64,000 nucleotides of DNA. It comes from Chloroflexota bacterium (GTDB lineage: Bacteria; Chloroflexota; Dehalococcoidia; SHYB01). The translations under genes were made by a program, and so were the position numbers. Below, in pieces: positions 1 to 8,210 of this stretch; position 1 is the first letter of the stretch; the number at the start of each line of letters is the position of its first letter. The DNA lies in the NCBI GenBank assembly GCA_016875535.1, contig VGPF01000002.1, forward strand, positions 9,856-73,855. Direction: 5' to 3'. The notes beneath the pieces are model-generated. The model had not been told where the DNA came from and made no database searches. It saw only the letters and a list, made by a program, of their open reading frames with translations.

Positions 1-335
1 CGCATACGGATATCGGCGGCGGGAATCGAAGCTCCGGCCTCTCCGACATCGCCCTCGATTGGATGGCGGGCAAAGCCGCCTTCTGCGGCCTCGCCTTCGA
101 TGTTGCCTATCTAAAGGATATATGCCATCCGGATGGCAACGGCCCGTTGCATCTGCGCATCCCGTGGTTCTACCGCTTCCTTGGCAGCTTCAAGCGCCGA
201 TTAGGCAGGGGCGGCTTGAACGAATCGGTGCATCCGGAGGCCATCGCTCGATATCGGAGCCCAACGATGGCCTATCACCCGGAAAATCTAACGGCCTACC
301 TGAGCGAACAGGGCGATAACGGGCCGGCGGCGTAG
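1..335 (+). CDS. 3' end of a gene that begins upstream of the window; hypothetical protein (no recognised family)
   Basis: Frame 3 is open from position 3 to the stop at 333-335 and is co-directional with the window edge. Codon usage is GC3-rich, consistent with coding. No family recognised. Confidence 0.3.
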   Translation, partial: HTDIGGGNRSSGLSDIALDWMAGKAAFCGLAFDVAYLKDICHPDGNGPLHLRIPWFYRFLGSFKRRLGRGGLNESVHPEAIARYRSPTMAYHPENLTAYLSEQGDNGPAA

Positions 336-352
336 AACACCGGCCGGAGAGG

Positions 353-1552
353 CTATCGGGGCAGGCCCAGGCCGCGTGTGGCCAGAATGTTGCGATTGAC
401 CTCGGAGCTGCCCGCCGCGATGGTGGCAGGGATACTCACCATCGCCTGATAGGGCAGGATGCCCGCCACCGGGGCGCGGCGATCGCCATTCAGCAAGTGG
501 CTGTACAGCCCCACGATGTCCATGGCGACGCGGGTCATGCGCTGCTCCAGCTCCGTGGCGAAGATCTTGGCCATGGAGGCCTCTTTGTTCGGCTGCTGCC
601 TCTGGTCCTGCATCCATGCCACGCGATAGGAGAGGTTGCGGCTGACGGCGATCTGCACGCGCATATCGGCGAGCTTGTGGAGCGCCCCTGCGCCGCGGCG
701 GACGCCAGGCACGCCCTTCAACTGGCGCAGCGCATCCAGGATATCGTCAAAGAGGCGGCGGCAGCGGGCGACGTCCCTGATGCCGGAGCGCTCGTTGTCC
801 AGAGTCGTCGTCGCCACGTACCAGCCCATATTCTTCTCGCCGATCATGTTGATCTTCGGCACCCGCACATTTTCAAAGAAGACCTGGTTGAAGTGGTGCT
901 CGTCGGTCATATCCACCAGGGGCACGATAGTGATGCCGGGTTGGTTCATTTCGGCGACGAAGTAGGAGATGCCCTTATGCTTCGGCGCGTTCGGGTCTGT
1001 GCGCACCAGGATGTGGATGTAATCGGCCTTGTGGGCCATGGAGGTCCAAATCTTGGAGCCGTTGATGACAAAATCGTCGCCGTCCTCAACGGCTCGCGTC
1101 TGCAGGCTCGCCAGGTCGGAGCCGGAGTTCGGCTCTGAGAATCCCTGGCACCAGACGATCTCCTGGGAGGCTGTGGCGGCGATGAACTTCTTTTTGAGGT
1201 ATTCTGAACCGTGCTTGATCATCGCCGGGCCAAGCTGATAGGCCTGGGAATCAAGCGGCGCATGGTGGTAGATCATCTCCTCATGGAAGATGCACTGCAT
1301 CATGGGGGAGGCGCCCAGCCCGCCGTATTCCTTCGGCCAGCCGATGCCGATCCACTTCTTGGCGCCGAGCTTCTTGCGAAAGCCCATGGCCGCCTGGAAG
1401 TGCTGGCGATAGGCCTCTTCGCCGGCGATGATGCGCGGGTCGAGCTCTTTACGGATGTAGTCGCGCACCTCGGCGCGCCAGGCATCCTGTTCGGGAGTCA
1501 AGTTAAAGTCCATGAAACAGCCTCTAGAAAAGCGACCGTGAAAGTCTAACAC
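353..1552 (-). CDS. acyl-CoA dehydrogenase
   Basis: 399-aa ORF with acyl-CoA dehydrogenase motifs (WCQGFSEPNSGSDLASLQTRAVEDGDDFVINGSKIW, C-terminal ATRGLGLPR). It is a close paralog of the ORF at 15943-17118. Confidence 0.85.
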   Translation of the reverse strand: MLDFHGRFSRGCFMDFNLTPEQDAWRAEVRDYIRKELDPRIIAGEEAYRQHFQAAMGFRKKLGAKKWIGIGWPKEYGGLGASPMMQCIFHEEMIYHHAPLDSQAYQLGPAMIKHGSEYLKKKFIAATASQEIVWCQGFSEPNSGSDLASLQTRAVEDGDDFVINGSKIWTSMAHKADYIHILVRTDPNAPKHKGISYFVAEMNQPGITIVPLVDMTDEHHFNQVFFENVRVPKINMIGEKNMGWYVATTTLDNERSGIRDVARCRRLFDDILDALRQLKGVPGVRRGAGALHKLADMRVQIAVSRNLSYRVAWMQDQRQQPNKEASMAKIFATELEQRMTRVAMDIVGLYSHLLNGDRRAPVAGILPYQAMVSIPATIAAGSSEVNRNILATRGLGLPR

Positions 1553-1580
1553 AGAGGCGTCTCACTCCTGGAGGCGCTCT

Positions 1581-2834
1581 GTGTTATGTCCAGTCGGCGA
1601 GGCGGCGGATGGTATACTTCTCTCGAGCGCTTCCATGGCAAATCAACCCGGATCCTTCATCTACATGGACCACGCCGCAACCACGGCCGTCCACCCAGAA
1701 GTCCTTGAGGCGATGCTGCCCTACTTCTCGGAGGAGTTCTACAACCCTTCGAGCATGTACGCGCCAGCTCAACGCTGCCGACAGGCCGTGGACGCCGCCC
1801 GCAAGACCATCGCCGATCTGCTGGGCGCACTCCCTCCTGAAATCATCTTCACCAGCGGCGGCACCGAGTCCGACAATGCCGCGATCAGGGGCATCGCCAC
1901 GGCCCTGCGGCCCCAGGGCAACCACATCATCACCTCAACGGCAGAGCATCACGCCGTCCTCCATACCTGCCACGCCATGGAGAAGCTAGGCTTTGCAGTG
2001 ACCTATCTGCCCGTTGACCGCTACGGCATGGTGAAGGCGGGCGATGCGGAAAAGGCGATCAAGCGCGAGACGGTCCTCATCAGCCTCATGCTGGCGAACA
2101 ACGAAGTGGGCACGATCAATCCCGTTGCCGAGATCGCCGCTATCGCGAAGGCAAAGGCCAAGAGCCTCAAGACGCACATCGCCGTCCATACGGACGCCGT
2201 CCAGTGCCCCGGCCACCTGGACATCACGGTGGATCGGCTCGGCGTAGACGCCCTGAGTCTCTCCTCGCACAAGTTCAACGGCCCCAAGGGCGCGGGCATC
2301 CTGTACCTCCGGAAGGCCACGCCCTTTGAGCCATATCAGGCCGGCGGCAGCCACGAGCGCAACCGCCGCGCCGGAACGGAAAATGTGCCGGGCATCGTCG
2401 GCACAGCGGCGGCCTTGAAGATCGCGATCGAGGAGCGCTCGTCAAACGTCGAACAGACCAAGGCCCTTCGCGATCGGCTCATCGGCGGCATCCAGAAGCG
2501 CATCCCGGGGGCGCACCTGAACGGCCACCCGGTGGAGCGGCTACCCAGCAACGTCAACTTCTCCTTTGAGCGCACCGATTCCCAGTGGACGCTGATGGCC
2601 TTGGACGAGGCGGGCATCGGCGCGTCCACAGGCAGCGCCTGCAGGACGGCATCGCTGGAGCCGTCCCACGTCCTCGTCGCCTGCGGCATCCCGGCGAACC
2701 TGGCCATCGGCACCCTGCGGCTCACCCTCGGCCCGGAGAACACGGCGGCGGAAGTGGACAAAGTCCTTGCGATCCTGCCCGGCATCATCCAGCGCGTCCG
2801 CGATACCGCGCCGCCGGCGGAGGCGAAGGCGTGA
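1581..2834 (+). CDS. cysteine desulfurase (NifS/IscS family, PLP-dependent)
   Basis: Contains HAATTAVHPEVLEAM, SSHKFNGPKGAGILY (PLP-lysine region) and a C-terminal SGSACRTASLEPSHVL active-site Cys loop. The true start is probably internal, at the Met at 1635 or 1665. Confidence 0.85.
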   Translation: MLCPVGEAADGILLSSASMANQPGSFIYMDHAATTAVHPEVLEAMLPYFSEEFYNPSSMYAPAQRCRQAVDAARKTIADLLGALPPEIIFTSGGTESDNAAIRGIATALRPQGNHIITSTAEHHAVLHTCHAMEKLGFAVTYLPVDRYGMVKAGDAEKAIKRETVLISLMLANNEVGTINPVAEIAAIAKAKAKSLKTHIAVHTDAVQCPGHLDITVDRLGVDALSLSSHKFNGPKGAGILYLRKATPFEPYQAGGSHERNRRAGTENVPGIVGTAAALKIAIEERSSNVEQTKALRDRLIGGIQKRIPGAHLNGHPVERLPSNVNFSFERTDSQWTLMALDEAGIGASTGSACRTASLEPSHVLVACGIPANLAIGTLRLTLGPENTAAEVDKVLAILPGIIQRVRDTAPPAEAKA

Positions 2835-3214
2835 CGCGCGAAACAAAGGGGAAAGAGGCGGCACTGGAGCACTACGCCCATCCGCGCAACCAGGGCGAGA
2901 TGCCTTCGCCCGACGCCTCCGCCTCCATCTACAACCCCGCCTGCGGCGATACACTGCGCCTGATGCTGAAAGTCAGCAACGGCGTTATCACGGAGGCCAG
3001 GTGGAAGGCCCAGGCCTGCGGGGCATCCCTGGCGGCGGCGAGCCTTGCCACGGAGACGATCAGGGGCATGACGCTTGCCCAGGCGGAGGCGGTGACCCGC
3101 GAGCAGATCGCCGATGCCTTTGGGGGACTGCTTCCCGCCAAGTTCCACTCGGCCACACTTGCGGTAGACGCCGTGCGGGCCGCGATCCAGGACTACACGG
3201 CCAAGCGCCGGTAA
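2831..3214 (+). CDS. Fe-S cluster assembly scaffold, NifU/IscU/SufU-like
   Basis: GTG start overlaps the nifS stop (GTGA). The NPACGD...AQACGAS motifs are characteristic of IscU/NifU N-domain scaffolds. The gene is about 127 aa. Confidence 0.75.
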   Translation: MTRETKGKEAALEHYAHPRNQGEMPSPDASASIYNPACGDTLRLMLKVSNGVITEARWKAQACGASLAAASLATETIRGMTLAQAEAVTREQIADAFGGLLPAKFHSATLAVDAVRAAIQDYTAKRR

Positions 3215-3226
3215 AAGCCCCCGCCT

Positions 3227-3841
3227 GTGGCGACCCTCTCCGCACCCCGAACGCCCAGAGCGCCCATAGAGCGGCGCATCTTTCACCTTCTGGCCGCTTC
3301 GCTCTTTCCAACGCTCTCCTTCTTTGTCCCCAAAACGCCGCTGATGCTCACGGCCGCCGCTACCGCCATCGCCTTCGTCGGCATGGAGTGGCTGCGCCTT
3401 CGCTGGCCGCCGCTGAACAACCTGCTGACGCGCCACTTTAAGCGCATCATGAAACAAAAGGAGAACCGGACGGCCTTCGCCAGCACCTCGCTCATGGTCG
3501 CGACGGCCGTCTCCATGGTCACGATGCCGCGCGCCGCCTACACCGCAGGCCTCTTCTTCACCGCCGTCGCCGATCCGTTCGCCGCCTTCTACGGCGAGCG
3601 ATGGGGCAAGCGGCGCTGGTTCGATAAGACGATCGAAGGCTCGATGGTCTTCCTCATCGCGGCCCTCCTCATCGGCGCGATCATCTGGGCAGGCGGCTTG
3701 GAGGTCTCCTACTGGGTCATCATCATCGGCGCCATCGTGGCCATGCTGGCGGAGGCGGTCCCCATCCTCGGCCTGGACGATAACTTCAAGGTGCCGCTCG
3801 CCTCGGGCGCGGTGATGATGGTCGCGGCGAATCTCATCTGA
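3227..3841 (+). CDS. integral membrane protein, dolichol-kinase/CTP-transferase-like (phytol kinase family)
   Basis: 204 aa with multiple hydrophobic helices. A KRKxxH-like stretch (ERWGKRRWFDKTIEGS) resembles the polyprenol/dolichol kinase superfamily. The family call is tentative. Confidence 0.5.
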   Translation: MATLSAPRTPRAPIERRIFHLLAASLFPTLSFFVPKTPLMLTAAATAIAFVGMEWLRLRWPPLNNLLTRHFKRIMKQKENRTAFASTSLMVATAVSMVTMPRAAYTAGLFFTAVADPFAAFYGERWGKRRWFDKTIEGSMVFLIAALLIGAIIWAGGLEVSYWVIIIGAIVAMLAEAVPILGLDDNFKVPLASGAVMMVAANLI

Positions 3842-3914
3842 CTTCGCCTGCCCATATCGCCTTGTCAGTCCAGAATTCAACCGCTACTATTGTCGAAACG
3901 CACCGCACGGATAG

Positions 3915-4940
3915 ATGCCCATGCCCAGCGAAGTGATCGCCCTGGACGTTATGGGCGGCGATAAAGCTCCCGATGAGATCGGCAAGGGGGCCATCGCCGC
4001 CTCGCTCGACCTCGGCGCGCATATCGCCCTCGTCGGCCCCAAGGAAGTCCTGGCCTTCCAGATGGAGCGCGCCCGCGAGGCTGGGGCCGCCACCATCACG
4101 CCCGTGGAGGCGAGCCAGGTGGTGGAGATGGCCGAATCGCCAACGGAGGCCTGGCGCAAGAAACCGGACTCCTCGATCGCCGTGGGCCTGCGCCTGCACA
4201 AAGAGGGGAAGGCCGCCGCCTTCATCTCCGCGGGCAACACCGGCGCCATCGGCACGGCCGCCCTCTTCACCCTCGGCACCATGCCCGGCATCGAACGCCC
4301 CGCCATTGCCACCATCTTCTCCACCACGGACGGCAAGGCCGCCATCTTCCTCGATATCGGCGCCAATGCCGATTGCCGTCCCTCCTTCCTGCTCCAGTTC
4401 GCTCAGATGGGCAGCGACTTCATGACCAAGCTCTTCCAGGTGGAGCGGCCGCGGGTCGGCCTCCTGAGCAACGGAGAAGAGGAGTCCAAGGGAAGCAAGC
4501 TCGTCAAAGAGAGCCATGCCCTGCTCAAGGCCAGCAATCTGAACTTCATCGGCAACGTGGAGGGTTTTGACGTGCTGAACGGCAAGGCCGATGTCGTCGT
4601 GACGGACGGCTTCACCGGAAACGTGGTGCTGAAGCTGGCGGAGGCACTGACGGAGTCCATCTTCCTCTCCCTCAAGGACGCCCTCATCAACAGCCCATTG
4701 GCACGGGCCTCCAAGTTCCTCTGGGGTCCGCCGATCAAGTCTGTCGTGAAGCAGTGGGACTATAGTAATATCGGCGGCGCGCCGCTCTTGGGCGTGAACG
4801 GCAACGTTATCATGGCCCACGGGAGGAGCGACGCCGACGACGTGAAGCACGCCATCGAGTTCTCCCTGCGCATGATCCGGGAGGGGTGGCTCCAGCCATC
4901 CGGGATGAATCCCAAGACACAGGTCTCGCATCAAAGCTAA
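3915..4940 (+). CDS. plsX: phosphate acyltransferase PlsX
   Basis: Contains ALDVMGGDKAP, FISAGNTGA and VTDGFTGNVVLK, the canonical PlsX motifs. Confidence 0.9.
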   Translation: MPMPSEVIALDVMGGDKAPDEIGKGAIAASLDLGAHIALVGPKEVLAFQMERAREAGAATITPVEASQVVEMAESPTEAWRKKPDSSIAVGLRLHKEGKAAAFISAGNTGAIGTAALFTLGTMPGIERPAIATIFSTTDGKAAIFLDIGANADCRPSFLLQFAQMGSDFMTKLFQVERPRVGLLSNGEEESKGSKLVKESHALLKASNLNFIGNVEGFDVLNGKADVVVTDGFTGNVVLKLAEALTESIFLSLKDALINSPLARASKFLWGPPIKSVVKQWDYSNIGGAPLLGVNGNVIMAHGRSDADDVKHAIEFSLRMIREGWLQPSGMNPKTQVSHQS

Positions 4941-4977
4941 TGCACAGCTGAAAACCACAGGCAGAGAAGAGGTTGCC

Positions 4978-5307
4978 ATGGCAAAGCCCGTTGAAGTGTC
5001 CGACCAGAACTTTGAAGCGCAGGTCCTGAAGGCCGCGACGCCCGTCGTCGTTGACTTCTGGGCCGTCTGGTGCGGCCCGTGCCGCATGATCGCCCCCGTG
5101 GTGGAAGAGCTGGCCACGGAGTATGACGGCAAGGTCTCCTTTGTAAAGCTCAACGTGGATGAGAATCCCGAGACCTCGATGAAGTACAGCGTGCGGGCCA
5201 TCCCCACGCTCCTCATCTTCAAGGGCGGCAAGCCCGTGGACCAGATCGTGGGCGCGGTGCCCAAGCGGGAGATCAAGCGCAGGGTAGACGCCCTGATGAC
5301 CGCCTAG
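4978..5307 (+). CDS. trxA: thioredoxin
   Basis: 109 aa with a WCGPC active site and a PTLLIFKGGK motif. Confidence 0.9.
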   Translation: MAKPVEVSDQNFEAQVLKAATPVVVDFWAVWCGPCRMIAPVVEELATEYDGKVSFVKLNVDENPETSMKYSVRAIPTLLIFKGGKPVDQIVGAVPKREIKRRVDALMTA

Positions 5308-5321
5308 CCGCCAGGCGCTGT

Positions 5322-5419
5322 GGGAGAGGATGGGTCCCGGTGGGCTTCGCGGTCTTCAAAACCGTTGGTCCTTCCGTTCCCGGAAGGACGGTGGGTTCGA
5401 CTCCCTCCCTTTCCCGCCA
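5322..5419 (+). tRNA. selC: tRNA-Sec (selenocysteine tRNA, anticodon UCA)
   Basis: 98-nt element. The anticodon loop CUUCAAA places UCA at positions 34-36. There is a long variable arm with a perfect 9-bp stem (GTCCTTCCG/CGGAAGGAC). The T-loop GGTTCGACTCC is identical to E. coli selC. The acceptor stem pairs GGGAGAG(G) with (C)CTTTCCC, followed by a G discriminator and CCA. The 13-bp acceptor plus T helix is typical of bacterial tRNA-Sec. Confidence 0.75.
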
Positions 5420-5460
5420 CAGCGCCAAGGGGTAGGCGACCCTGCAAGACGCGGCATGTT

Positions 5461-5498
5461 CTAGGCGTCCCGACCTGGTCGGGACGCCTAGGTTTTTT
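5461..5498 (+). terminator. rho-independent terminator after trxA-selC
   Basis: Perfect 14-bp stem (CTAGGCGTCCCGAC ... GTCGGGACGCCTAG) with a 3-nt loop, followed by GTTTTTT. Confidence 0.75.
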
Positions 5499-5520
5499 GC
5501 CCAGCAAGGCGGCATGAATC

Positions 5521-5529
5521 TGGTATAAT
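5521..5529 (+). promoter_or_regulatory. extended -10 promoter (TGGTATAAT) for the HAD gene
   Basis: TGnTATAAT lies 29 nt upstream of the ATG at 5558. An AGGAG Shine-Dalgarno precedes the ATG. Confidence 0.45.
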
Positions 5530-5557
5530 TCGTGGCCGTTGCACCGAGTAGGAGACT

Positions 5558-5941
5558 ATGAACGTCTTTTTCGATGTCGACTACACCCTCATTGCGGAAG
5601 ACGGCAGCCTCCGCCCTTTCGTCCGGGAGACCTTCGAGAAGATCAAGCAGGACGGCCACAAGATCTACATCTGGTCGGGCGTCGGCATCCGCTGGGAGGT
5701 CGTCCGCCGCCATGATCTGAAGTCGTTCATCGAGACCTGCTACCTCAAGCCGCTCTCCGATTATCGCGAAACCCTCATCGAGCTGGGCGTGGACGTTGTC
5801 CCCGATTTCTGCATAGACGATCACTCCGGCGTCATCCTGGCCTTTGGCGGCGTTGTGGTGAAGCCCTACTACACCAAGAACCCGGCCGATGAAGAGATGA
5901 ACCGGGTCTACGACGAGCTGAAGAAGTTCAAGAAGCCCTGA
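5558..5941 (+). CDS. small HAD-superfamily hydrolase (phosphatase/5'-nucleotidase-like)
   Basis: FFDVDYTLI contains the DxD motif I. GHKIYIWSG and the CIDDH region fit HAD motifs II-IV. 127 aa. Confidence 0.55.
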   Translation: MNVFFDVDYTLIAEDGSLRPFVRETFEKIKQDGHKIYIWSGVGIRWEVVRRHDLKSFIETCYLKPLSDYRETLIELGVDVVPDFCIDDHSGVILAFGGVVVKPYYTKNPADEEMNRVYDELKKFKKP

Positions 5942-5957
5942 ACGGCGCGAGGCCCCG

Positions 5958-6422
5958 ATGAGTCCAGAACTCCAAGCGGGCCGGCAAGCGCCTGACTTCA
6001 CCGCTGCAAGCGCCTCAGGCGACCTCCGCCTCGCCGACCTCCTGAAAAAGGGCAAGCTTCTCCTGGCCTTCTACACGGAAGATGCCACGCCCCTCTGCTC
6101 TTCGGAGGTCGCGTCGTTCAAAGAGGAGTTCGCGACCTTCCAAGAGCTTGGCGCGCAGGTTGTGGCCATCAGCTCTGACGGCCTGGATTCGCACAAGGCC
6201 TTCGCCCAGAAGCTCGGCGGCCTGCCCTTTCCCCTAGCCAGCGACCCATCGCTGGGCATCGCCTCCCAGTACGGCGTCGCGGATCCCGCCACAGAGCGCG
6301 CCCGCAGGGCCGTCTTTGTCATTGACCAAAACGGCGTCGTCCTCCACGCCAACAGCTTCTACAATCCCGGTAACCCGGGCCACTTCGCGGAAATCTTTAA
6401 AGCCTTAGGCCTGGAGATGTGA
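5958..6422 (+). CDS. bcp: peroxiredoxin (Bcp/AhpC-TSA family thiol peroxidase)
   Basis: APDFTA....LADLL.KGK.LLAFY..D.TPLCSSE is a typical Bcp N-terminus with a peroxidatic Cys. Confidence 0.8.
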   Translation: MSPELQAGRQAPDFTAASASGDLRLADLLKKGKLLLAFYTEDATPLCSSEVASFKEEFATFQELGAQVVAISSDGLDSHKAFAQKLGGLPFPLASDPSLGIASQYGVADPATERARRAVFVIDQNGVVLHANSFYNPGNPGHFAEIFKALGLEM

Positions 6423-6964
6423 CGGCTATGAGGGGCCACGGCGAGACTGCGCTGATAGTGAAGGTGCCCGAATCTGAACCTTTGGTTGAGCCGTTCCGCA
6501 AGAAATTCGATCCATCTGCCGCAGTCGGAGTCCCCGCGCATATCACTATCCTGTACCCCTTTAAGCCACTCTCTGAACTGACAAAGGATGACTTTGCGAA
6601 TCTGGCATCGCTGTTTGCGCATATGCAGGCTTTCCCCTTCTCGCTCACTACAATAAGCCGCTTCCCAGGCGTCCTCTATCTCGCACCCGATCCGGAAAGA
6701 TACTTCAAGGATATGACGATGGCCGTTACCGCGGCATACCCTGATTACCCGCCATATAAGGGCGCTTTCCCAATCGTGATTCCTCATCTCACTGTCGCGG
6801 ATACGGACCGAGAAGCCCTACCATCGATTGAGAAGGATTTCGCACGAGCTTGTGAGAGGGGTCTGCCGGTAGCCTCTAAGGCTGAGTCCGTTTGGCTGCT
6901 GGCGGACGACAGCGGATTTTGGCACGATGCACGGCCATTCGCTCTAGGAAAGGGCAGACGCTAA
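6419..6964 (+). CDS. 2H phosphoesterase family protein (LigT/2'-5' RNA ligase-like)
   Basis: Two H-x-T/S-x motifs are present (AHITILYPF and PHLTVADT). The GTG start overlaps the bcp stop. Confidence 0.6.
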   Translation: MTAMRGHGETALIVKVPESEPLVEPFRKKFDPSAAVGVPAHITILYPFKPLSELTKDDFANLASLFAHMQAFPFSLTTISRFPGVLYLAPDPERYFKDMTMAVTAAYPDYPPYKGAFPIVIPHLTVADTDREALPSIEKDFARACERGLPVASKAESVWLLADDSGFWHDARPFALGKGRR

Positions 6965-7467
6965 TGCCCCTCGTCCTCATCGTCTTCGATAGTCGGGGCG
7001 GCCTCATCGAGAAGCTCGCCGGTGGGATCGCCAAGGGCGTCTCTTCCGTCCCCGGCGTCACCGCGCGCCTTTCGCGGATAGAGGAGACGACGAAGGCCGA
7101 CCTGGAAAAGGCGGACGCCATCGTCCTCGGCTCGCCCAACTGGACGGGCATCACCGGCAAGATGAAGTCCTGGATGGACGGCCTGGGCGACCTCTGGTCG
7201 GAAGGGCAGATCAAGGACAAGCTGGGCGCGGCCTTTACGGCCGGCTCTTCCAAATCGGCGGGCATCGAGCCTACCTTGCTCATGCTCATCCACTGGATGA
7301 TCGCCGGGGGCATGATCATCGTGGGGCTCCCCTGGAACGAAGGGATGCGCACCACCGGCTCCTACTACGGCGCAACGGCGGCAGGCACGGTGCAGGAGGC
7401 CGATCTGGAACAGGCGCGCGCCCTGGGCAAGCGGGTGGCGGAGCTTACGCTCGCCAAGCGCCGGTAG
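6964..7467 (+). CDS. wrbA: NAD(P)H:quinone oxidoreductase / flavodoxin-like protein (WrbA family)
   Basis: MPLVLIVFDSRGG...IVLGSPNWTG...YYGATAAG fits the flavodoxin-like fold. The ATG overlaps the upstream stop (TAATG). Confidence 0.7.
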   Translation: MPLVLIVFDSRGGLIEKLAGGIAKGVSSVPGVTARLSRIEETTKADLEKADAIVLGSPNWTGITGKMKSWMDGLGDLWSEGQIKDKLGAAFTAGSSKSAGIEPTLLMLIHWMIAGGMIIVGLPWNEGMRTTGSYYGATAAGTVQEADLEQARALGKRVAELTLAKRR

Positions 7468-7479
7468 CGGCGAAGGCGC

Positions 7480-8130
7480 TCAGCGCGGCTTCGCCATCCT
7501 GAAGTACTCCTGCACGCGCTCGCGCAGGTGTCCCCAATGGTCGTCCGCCTTGTGCAGCTCCTCGGGCGTCAGCTCGGCGTAGACCTTGCTGAACTCCGGC
7601 ATGCGCCAGAGAGAGAAGGCCCAGAAGCCGGGCTTCACCTTCGCCGGGTCGGCCTCGGTGACGATATAGCCCTTGGCGCTGTGAGCCTCCCAGGTCATCA
7701 GCACATCGCCCTGGTCGGCCAGCGCCACCGATTCCACCCAAAAGGCCACCCGCTTTTCACCCTGCAGGTGCGCCATCATCTCCAAGAGCTTCTTCGCCCG
7801 CACGGCATCCGTGGCCTCCTGCCCGGCGAAGCGCGCGGTCCGCAGGGAATCCCAGCTATCGCCCAGCGCAGGTATCACCAGTCCGCCGTCGGTCGCCACC
7901 GCCAGCCCCTCGAATGCGTCCGACCAGAGGACCGCCTTCGCCTCGGCATTCTCCAGGTGCGTGTAGCCGTCTTCCGTGTGGATCGGCGCGTTCGAGATCT
8001 CCATCGGCGTGTGGAACTCCAGGCCAAGCCCGTCGAGCATCCAGCGCAGCTTCTCCATCTTCGCTGGATTCGTCGTCGCCAGCAGTATGCCGGAGCGCTT
8101 CTTGGCGGGCGTCATGACGGTGTCAAGCAT
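7480..8130 (-). CDS. non-canonical purine NTP pyrophosphatase-like (Ham1/RdgB family, extended)
   Basis: ILLATTNPAKMEKL (compare ATGNxGK), HLENAEAKA and ATDGGLVIPALGD match ITPase family motifs. Confidence 0.55.
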   Translation of the reverse strand: MLDTVMTPAKKRSGILLATTNPAKMEKLRWMLDGLGLEFHTPMEISNAPIHTEDGYTHLENAEAKAVLWSDAFEGLAVATDGGLVIPALGDSWDSLRTARFAGQEATDAVRAKKLLEMMAHLQGEKRVAFWVESVALADQGDVLMTWEAHSAKGYIVTEADPAKVKPGFWAFSLWRMPEFSKVYAELTPEELHKADDHWGHLRERVQEYFRMAKPR

Positions 8131-8210
8131 GAATTCCCTTTCATCTATAGTACCAGAGCTTTCGCCCGTCGTGCCTCCGGCCCTTCACCTTGCCCCCAGC
8201 TCCCGCTCTC

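Noticed and set aside
2336-3880. 514-aa minus-strand ORF spanning nifS, iscU and the membrane protein
   Set aside because: It lies antisense to three well-supported genes and is a low-complexity Arg/Gly-rich translation.
7467-7500. Hairpin GGCGAAG...CTTCGCC between the convergent wrbA and NTPase genes, considered as a bidirectional terminator
   Set aside because: The loop is 13 nt and there is no U/A tract, so it is not convincing as an intrinsic terminator.
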